A stretch of 37,343 nucleotides of DNA from Bacilli bacterium. GTDB taxonomy: Bacteria > Bacillota_I > Bacilli_A > RF39 > UBA660. The notes beneath the pieces were generated by a model, which did no database searches, had not been told where the DNA came from, and saw only the letters and a program-made list of their open reading frames with translations. Made by a program: the position numbers and the translations under genes. The DNA is taken from NCBI GenBank assembly GCA_045636525.1, contig JAZTXT010000040.1:1-37343 (forward strand), in the 5' to 3' direction. Below are positions 1 to 4,927 of this stretch, piece after piece. Numbering within the stretch: position 1 is the first letter of the stretch; each line of letters begins with the position of its first letter.

Positions 1-531
1 TCAATAGATTATATAAAATATATACACAAATATCTATTTAAAGATATTTACGAATTTGCAGGAGAGTTTAGAAAAGTAAATTTTTCCAAACATGAAAAAA
101 TATTAAATAATGATTCAGTAGCTTATGGTGATTATCAAACATTAAAAGAATCATTAGAATATGATATATCATTAGAAAAATATAAAGATTATAAAGATAT
201 GAATATAGTAGAAGTAATAAACAATATAACTAAATTTACTTCAAGTATATGGCAAATACATCCTTTTAGAGAAGGAACTACCAGAACTACAGCATTATTT
301 ATAGAAAAATATCTAGTATCACTTGGATATAATGTAGATAATACTATATTCAAAGAAAAATCAGTATATTATAGAAATGCATTAGTAAGAAGTAATTATT
401 TTAATAATAGTTTAAATATAAAAGAAGATAATAGCTATTTAATTAAATTCTATGAAAATTTATTATTAAGTAAAAACAATAATTTACATTCAAAAGATTT
501 AATAGTAGAAGAATTATTTAAAAATTCTTAA
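1..531 (+). CDS. Fic/DOC (Fido) domain protein, 5'-truncated by the window edge
   Basis: Frame 1 is open from nt 1 (SIDYIKYIHKYLFKDIYEFAGEFRKVN...) to TAA at 529-531. A Fic-type core, HPFREGTTRTTALF, is present. The ORF-track entry 199..531 is only the part after an internal Met. Confidence 0.8.
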   Translation, partial: SIDYIKYIHKYLFKDIYEFAGEFRKVNFSKHEKILNNDSVAYGDYQTLKESLEYDISLEKYKDYKDMNIVEVINNITKFTSSIWQIHPFREGTTRTTALFIEKYLVSLGYNVDNTIFKEKSVYYRNALVRSNYFNNSLNIKEDNSYLIKFYENLLLSKNNNLHSKDLIVEELFKNS

Positions 532-540
532 GGAGGAAAT

Positions 541-1206
541 ATGAGTAATATTTGCGGAGCAATTTATATATTAACAAATCCATCTTTTCCAGATTATGTA
601 AAGATAGGATATTCAAAAAATGTAGAAGAAAGAATAAATAGATTAAACAATTCAGCAGCGGTTCCTTTTGGATTTAGACTGTATGCAACATATGATGTAG
701 AAACAGAATCAGCAGATAAAATATTACATAAAATAATTGATAAATTAAATGCTGATTTAAGAAGTGTAGATAATATAAATGATAAAATAAGAGTAAGAGA
801 ATTTTATTTAATAACACCAGAAGATGCATATGAGTTATTAGAAGATATAGCATTAATAAGTGGAACAAAAGAAAGATTACATTTACATAAACCAACAGTA
901 GAAGAAGAAATAGAAGAAAAAACCGCTAAAGAAAATAGAGAGTTAGTAAAGAATAGACATCATTTTAAAGATATAAAATTTAGTTCAAGTTTAACAAATA
1001 AAGAATATTATTCCAAAACAAAAGAAGATGGTACTTTAGGAATATATGAAGTAGATACAAATATAGAAATACCAAATAATAGTAATCCATCAAAAAAACA
1101 AATCCTATTACAAGCAGTAAAAGATTATGGTGAAGAAGTAGATACTAATAATATAACGTTATATCAATTACAACATAAATTAGAGAAATTAGTAATAAAT
1201 AAATAG
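541..1206 (+). CDS. GIY-YIG / T5orf172-type nuclease-domain protein
   Basis: The N-terminus GAIYILTNPSFPDYVKIGYS...VEERINRLN fits the GIY-YIG/T5orf172 pattern. AGGAGG at 531-536 overlaps the Fic stop and lies 4 nt before the ATG. The C-terminal ~100 aa are unassigned. Confidence 0.7.
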   Translation: MSNICGAIYILTNPSFPDYVKIGYSKNVEERINRLNNSAAVPFGFRLYATYDVETESADKILHKIIDKLNADLRSVDNINDKIRVREFYLITPEDAYELLEDIALISGTKERLHLHKPTVEEEIEEKTAKENRELVKNRHHFKDIKFSSSLTNKEYYSKTKEDGTLGIYEVDTNIEIPNNSNPSKKQILLQAVKDYGEEVDTNNITLYQLQHKLEKLVINK

Positions 1207-1239
1207 AAAGTATTGTAATAAGATAAAAGTATAGATATG

Positions 1240-1322
1240 CCCTGTAAGTCTAAGGTCTTACAGGGATTTTTAGTGCCTGTAGTCACTAAAAATTAATTTG
1301 GAGCCTTGATGTCTCCAAATTA
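1240..1322. repeat. Hairpin-cluster repeat, copy 1 (three abutting hairpins), followed by a T-run at 1327-1333; probably also the terminator of the 541..1206 gene
   Basis: Hairpins are ccctgtaag-TCTAAGGT-cttacaggg (1240-1265), atttttagtg-CCTGTAGT-cactaaaaat (1266-1293) and taatttggag-CCTTGATGT-ctccaaatta (1294-1322). The same loop motifs recur at 15077-15160 and 20526-20580. Confidence 0.75.
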
Positions 1323-1491
1323 AAGAATTTTTTTAATTTGTTTATGTAGATATATACTTTATTATTATGAAATGTAATGTTATAATATAAATGTTAAAAA
1401 TCTTTGCTTTTTGTTCCAAAAAATTCAAAAAAAATTTGATAGAAATATATAAATCAATATTGTAAAATAGTAGCAGTAGGAGGGAAAATAT

Positions 1492-1956
1492 ATGCATATA
1501 GGTAATAAAATATATGAATTAAGAAAAAGAGAAAATATGAGTCAAGAACAGTTAGCAGAAAAAATAAATGTTACTAGACAAACAATATCAAATTGGGAGA
1601 CCAATCAAACTATTCCAGATTTATATCAAGCGCTGGAACTAACTAAATATTTTAAAATATGCTTAGATGAGCTTGTGGGTAATGAAGAGTTTACATATGA
1701 TAATAATGTTGACAAGATATGGCAAGATACAATTGAAATAATAAAAGGTAAAATAAGTACGTTATTTTATGAAACTTGGATAGAAAGTTTAGAACTTGTA
1801 GAAATAAATGACAATTCAATTACACTTTTGGTTGAACGTAAATTACATTTAAATTTTGTTAAAAATCACTATGAAAAACTGATTTTAGATACTATTAATA
1901 AAATTACAAAATATGAAATAAAGGAAATTAATTATAAAATAAAAGATATTTATTGA
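1492..1956 (+). CDS. XRE-family HTH protein with a DnaA N-terminal (domain I)-like C-terminal half
   Basis: The N-terminus IYELRKRENMSQEQLAEKINVTRQTISNWE is a classic HTH_3. The C-terminus IWQDTIEIIKGKISTLFYETWIESLELVEINDNSITLLVERKLHLNFVKNHYEKLILDTI follows the DnaA domain I pattern (W..., [FY]ETW[IM], D..L.L, F...V...Y...I). AGGAGGG lies 7 nt upstream of the ATG. Confidence 0.7.
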   Translation: MHIGNKIYELRKRENMSQEQLAEKINVTRQTISNWETNQTIPDLYQALELTKYFKICLDELVGNEEFTYDNNVDKIWQDTIEIIKGKISTLFYETWIESLELVEINDNSITLLVERKLHLNFVKNHYEKLILDTINKITKYEIKEINYKIKDIY

Positions 1957-1995
1957 AAGTAATATAAATTTTCTACATATTTTAACACAAAAGTA

Positions 1996-2310
1996 TATTT
2001 TACATATAATAATCTTAAGGTGATTATATATGAATAATACTGAAGATAGAGAAGTCAAAACCGTTGTAATAGATCCAGGACATGGAGGTTCGGACGCAGG
2101 TGCTGTAGGAAATAATATATTAGAGAAAGATTATAATTTATTAATATTACAGTATATGTTTGATAGATTTAAAGAGCTGGGTATCCTCGTAGCGATTACA
2201 AGAGATTCAGATGTAACATTATCACCGACTGATAGAACAAATAGTATATTATCTAAGTTCGGTAATTCAAGTGATGTAATAGTAATATCAAATCACTTAA
2301 ATTCCGGAGG
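1996..2310 (+). repeat. Left copy of a 315-bp direct repeat (amidase promoter-proximal region, RBS and first 94 codons)
   Basis: Aligns colinearly with 11369-11683 without indels. I counted about 31 substitutions by hand (~90% identity). Similarity stops right after the shared ccggagg (2304-2310 / 11677-11683). Confidence 0.85.
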
Positions 2311-2344
2311 TAGGGTAAGTAAAATTGCAATGGATGAAATATAA
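2030..2344 (+). pseudogene. Truncated N-acetylmuramoyl-L-alanine amidase (N-terminal 94 codons, then 10 unrelated codons and a stop)
   Basis: MNNTEDREVKTVVIDPGHGGSDAGAVGNN... matches the N-terminus of the intact amidase at 11403..12770 (9 aa differences in 94). It then diverges (RVSKIAMDEI*) and lacks the rest of the Amidase_3 domain and all LysM repeats. Confidence 0.8.
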
Positions 2345-2397
2345 GGTGCATAACTTCGTAAGCTCCTTGAATTATCGGCAAAATTTAATATTAGTTC

Positions 2398-2425
2398 TTG
2401 CTTTTTTATAAAAAATGTATATAAT
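2398..2425 (+). promoter_or_regulatory. Predicted sigma-A promoter driving the RT leader
   Basis: TTGCTT (2398-2403), a 16-nt spacer, then TATAAT (2420-2425). The predicted transcription start (TSS) is near 2432-2434. The same TTGCTT/TATAAT pair is predicted upstream of rnj. Confidence 0.5.
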
Positions 2426-2431
2426 ATATAT

Positions 2432-2748
2432 TGCCACGGTAATTTGTACTCGTGGGTGTTAAATGTTAATTGTCAATACTATATTGATAATTATTAAGTT
2501 AAAGTTTACGTTCATAACTGAACCACCTCGCTTTGACTGAATTGTTGATATTAGTAATGTGAAGAATTGAACTAACATAGTCAATATTCTATCTACTATT
2601 ATTATACAATAATTAATGTAAGAGGTGCAGCATTAAAAGGGACTAAGTAAATTTTGTATTGTGAAGAATAAAAATTGAAAGGTATTGTTGAACACATCCA
2701 ATAATGGTGGCTGCAACCAGGATGTGTTTCTTCAATTTTAGGAGGAAA
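2432..2748 (+). ncRNA. Candidate structured non-coding leader / RT-associated ncRNA
   Basis: About 320 nt lie between the predicted TSS and the RT start, and no plus-strand frame is open for more than ~25 codons. Hairpins are present at 2434-2455 (8 bp with 1 bulge), 2467-2493 (12 bp including one G-U) and 2510-2523 (5 bp). A bipartite helix pairs 2671-2679 with 2731-2739 and 2691-2699 with 2720-2728, and ends at the Shine-Dalgarno sequence. Confidence 0.4.
2501..2523 (+). repeat. Left copy of a ~22-23-nt imperfect direct repeat bracketing the RT ORF
   Basis: aaagtttaCgttCataactgaac (2501-2523) versus aaagtttaTgtt-ataactgaac (4160-4181) gives 21 matched positions. Each copy can fold into a small hairpin with an ataac-containing loop. 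Confidence 0.6.
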
Positions 2749-4101
2749 ATGAAAAAGAAAATATTTAAACCAAGATATTATCAACATATTGATAAGGTAA
2801 TAGATATAAAAGATGTTGAGAAAAAAATTAAAAATAAAGATTTTGTAATTAACCATGGTTTTTATCCTTTTTTAAGTTATACTATTGAATTTAAAAAATT
2901 TTCTAAAGAAATAAATGAAGATACTAATCATCATTGGAAGATTAAAGAGAGACCGATCAAATATGCAGCACATATAGATAGGTATATATATCAATGGTAT
3001 TCTTATAACTTGAATAATTGTTATAATGAATATTGTGATAAAAATGATTTGAATGAGTCTGCTATCGCTTATAGGACTTGTTTAAAAGGCAAAACAAATA
3101 TTGATTTTGCAGCTAAGGCAATCAATTTCATAAAAAAATATGATTCATGTTATATATTAGTTAGTGATTTTACAAGTTTCTTTGATTTTATAAGCCATGA
3201 TAAATTAAAAAATAATATGTGCAAAGTTTTGAATGTTGAGAAATTAGAAGAAGATTGGTATAGAGTTTTTAAAAGCATGACTAAGTATTCTTATGTCGAA
3301 AGATATGATGTTGAAGAATTTTTAATTAACAATGGAATAGAAACAAAGGAAAGTATCAAAATTAGAAATAGTCTTTTTGATAATATTTGTTGGAAAGATG
3401 CAAAGAAAAAAATTCGCGATAAGATAAACATAAATAAAGAGGAATACGGAATACCACAAGGATCTCCTTTAAGTGGAGTATTTGCAAATGTTTATATGAT
3501 TGATTTTGATATTAAGGCTCATGATTATGCCAAAAGTAAAAATGGATTATATATGAGATATTCAGATGATTTAATAATGATAATACCTAAAAATGAAGTT
3601 TCATCAATTAGTAAAGTATGGGAGGAACTTAGTGCTATAAAAGAAGAATATCCTACATTAAAAATGAATATCGATAAAACTTCAGGGTATGTATATGAAA
3701 ATAAGCAAATTATTTCTTTGCATGAACAAATTGATGGAATGCAAAAAGGTGGAAAATTTATTAGTTATCTAGGTTTTTCTTTTGATGGAAAATATATCAG
3801 ATTTAGAGATAAAACTTTGACTAAGTTTTTTTACAAACTTTATAGAAAAATAGATTCTATGGTATTAAGAGAAAAATATAGAATTCAAAAAGGAAGAAAA
3901 AAACATACTAAAATAGATAAACATAGGATCTTAAAAGAATTGAATTCTAGTCAAGGTGAAAGTAGAAAGTTTATTGATTATGTTAATAGAGCAAAAAAAG
4001 TGTTTTCAAACGAATATTATATAGTTAATTTCAGGAAAAATATTAAATCTAAAATTTTTGAAAGATTTGAAAAAGAGAAAACGAGAATTAATCAAGTTTA
4101 A
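2749..4101 (+). CDS. Stand-alone reverse transcriptase (UG/Abi-like, defence-associated RT candidate), 450 aa
   Basis: RT motifs are present in order: IKERPIKYAAHIDRYIYQWY (RT1/2), SDFTSFFDFISH (RT3), IPQGSPLSGVFANVYMIDFD (RT4), YMRYSDDLIMI (RT5, catalytic YSDD), NIDKT (RT6) and ISYLGFSF (RT7). The start is set at M16 of the track ORF because AGGAGG (2740-2745) precedes ATG 2749. The same short AGGAGGAAA(T)ATG spacing is used at 541. There is no maturase, nuclease or other fused domain. Confidence 0.85.
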   Translation: MKKKIFKPRYYQHIDKVIDIKDVEKKIKNKDFVINHGFYPFLSYTIEFKKFSKEINEDTNHHWKIKERPIKYAAHIDRYIYQWYSYNLNNCYNEYCDKNDLNESAIAYRTCLKGKTNIDFAAKAINFIKKYDSCYILVSDFTSFFDFISHDKLKNNMCKVLNVEKLEEDWYRVFKSMTKYSYVERYDVEEFLINNGIETKESIKIRNSLFDNICWKDAKKKIRDKININKEEYGIPQGSPLSGVFANVYMIDFDIKAHDYAKSKNGLYMRYSDDLIMIIPKNEVSSISKVWEELSAIKEEYPTLKMNIDKTSGYVYENKQIISLHEQIDGMQKGGKFISYLGFSFDGKYIRFRDKTLTKFFYKLYRKIDSMVLREKYRIQKGRKKHTKIDKHRILKELNSSQGESRKFIDYVNRAKKVFSNEYYIVNFRKNIKSKIFERFEKEKTRINQV

Positions 4102-4159
4102 TTGTGTAATAATTTAGATTCAATTAATTTAAAATATTATTTAAAATAAGAATAAGAGA

Positions 4160-4181
4160 AAAGTTTATGTTATAACTGAAC
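4160..4181 (+). repeat. Right copy of the direct repeat bracketing the RT ORF; part of a weak terminator-like hairpin (tatgtt-ataactg-aacata followed by ggcttttttt)
   Basis: See 2501-2523. It is followed by a T7 run at 4188-4194. Confidence 0.55.
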
Positions 4182-4256
4182 ATAGGCTTTTTTTCTTTGT
4201 GAAAAAAAGATTAAATTATTATTATAAGAAATGAAAAAGATAAAAATTATACAGTG

Positions 4257-4531
4257 ATGAGTAATTATAATTTTAATAATACTAATTTAAGTTTAAGTGC
4301 AAAAGGATTGTTGTTATTAATGTTATCTTTTGCTAAACGATTGGAATTTTTTCTATAAATGGATTAGGTAAAAATTTTAATGAATCGAGAACAACCATTT
4401 CAAATACTTTAAAAGAGTTAAAGGACAAATCTTATATAGTTATTTTCGAAGTGCGAGATGGTAATGGCCAATTTAATTATGAGTATATTGTTTATGAAAA
4501 TCCTAATTTTAGTAATCCAGGTACCCATTAA
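4257..4531 (+). pseudogene. Frameshifted winged-helix/HTH gene of the type common on Firmicute phages and plasmids
   Basis: Frame A gives MSNYNFNNTNLSLSAKGLLLLMLSFAKRLEFFL* (4257-4358). A second frame continues as GIFSINGLGKNFNESRTTISNTLKELKDKSYIVIFEVRDGNGQFNYEYIVYENPNFSNPGTH* and ends at 4531. Together they read as one HTH protein broken by a frameshift near 4340-4350. Confidence 0.6.
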
Positions 4532-4547
4532 GGGTACGTGGATTTTT
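4517..4547 (+). terminator. Intrinsic terminator
   Basis: The stem is ccaGgtaccc-attaa-gggtacGtgg, a 6-bp perfect core extendable to 9 bp with one mismatch. It is followed by atttttcg and is unusually GC-rich for this sequence. Confidence 0.6.
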
Positions 4548-4664
4548 CGTATGCGGTATTTTGATATAATTAAGTATTAAAGAATAATAGCTAACTTAGA
4601 TAAAACCGAATATTATAAATTTTTGTCTAAATTTTTTAATTTTTATCAAAAAACGACAAAAATA

Positions 4665-4673
4665 TGTTATACT
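4665..4673 (+). promoter_or_regulatory. Extended -10 promoter element upstream of the AbrB-like gene / hsd operon
   Basis: TGtTATACT at 4665-4673. Only a weak -35 (TTATCA 4643-4648, 19-nt spacer) is present. This places the track's ATG at 4664 inside the promoter. Confidence 0.35.
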
Positions 4674-4705
4674 TAATAAGTAAGGAAAGTAAGGAGAACG
4701 GATGT

Positions 4706-4927
4706 ATGAAAAATAATAATGAACTTTTAGATACAGCAAAATTAACGTCTAAAGGACAAATTACAATTCCAAAACAAATAAGAGATTTATTAAAACTTGA
4801 ACAAGGTGATTCGGTAGTTTTTTATGTTGATGAAAATAAAAATATAAAAATAGCTAATAAAAAAGATTGTACAGTCTTACCTGATGAAAATTCAAAGCAA
4901 GTTGTAGTAAAGAGAGGTAATAGATAA
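4706..4927 (+). CDS. AbrB/MazE/SpoVT-family DNA-binding protein
   Basis: LTSKGQITIPKQIRDLLKLEQGDSVVFYVDENKNIKI is a SpoVT-AbrB swapped-hairpin motif. AAGGAG (4691-4696) lies 9 nt before ATG 4706. Its stop overlaps the hsdM start (TAATG). Confidence 0.75.
   Translation: MKNNNELLDTAKLTSKGQITIPKQIRDLLKLEQGDSVVFYVDENKNIKIANKKDCTVLPDENSKQVVVKRGNR

Noticed and set aside
2350-2376. ataacttcgta matches 11 nt of the loxP arm and forms a loose inverted repeat with gaattat, just inside the left island junction. I considered it as a possible tyrosine-recombinase site.
   Set aside because: The inverted partner is poor (it needs an indel). No similar sequence lies at the right junction and no recombinase gene is present. 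It is most likely coincidence.
2558-2669. The 10-nt direct repeat tgtgaagaat at 2558-2567 and 2660-2669 is exactly 102 nt (34 codons) apart in the RT leader. I considered it as donor and acceptor sites for DRT2-like rolling-circle template jumping that would create a neo-type endless ORF.
   Set aside because: My manual stop scan shows every frame on both strands has at least one stop inside the 102-nt unit. The best case is the minus-strand frame with a single stop, at 2633-2635. A 10-mer repeat within ~400 nt of this base composition is also roughly expected by chance.
2704-2748. Longer versions of the RT ORF starting at ATG 2704 or ATG 2722.
   Set aside because: Neither has a convincing RBS and both lie inside the predicted leader helix. 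ATG 2749 follows AGGAGG with the same short spacing used by the 541 gene. The longer starts cannot be fully excluded.
2602-2856. The minus-strand 84-aa ORF overlapping the RT start, considered as a real gene.
   Set aside because: It has no RBS or promoter context, low-complexity hydrophobic content, and half of it is the antisense shadow of the RT coding region. Only its stop-free stretch over the leader is noted, in the findings.
2749-4101. Classifying the RT as a retron RT or a group II intron-encoded protein.
   Set aside because: There is no maturase/X or endonuclease domain and no domain V-like intron RNA. Motif 7 reads YLGF rather than the retron VTG. I found no a1/a2 inverted repeats flanking an msr/msd-like unit and no adjacent effector gene. 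A profile search is still needed.
4102-4256. Possible downstream ncRNA or small effector ORF after the RT.
   Set aside because: Only A/T-only stems (for example cttttttt/aaaaaaag at 4187-4209) and an 8-codon ORF are present. Nothing is supportable beyond the direct-repeat copy reported separately.
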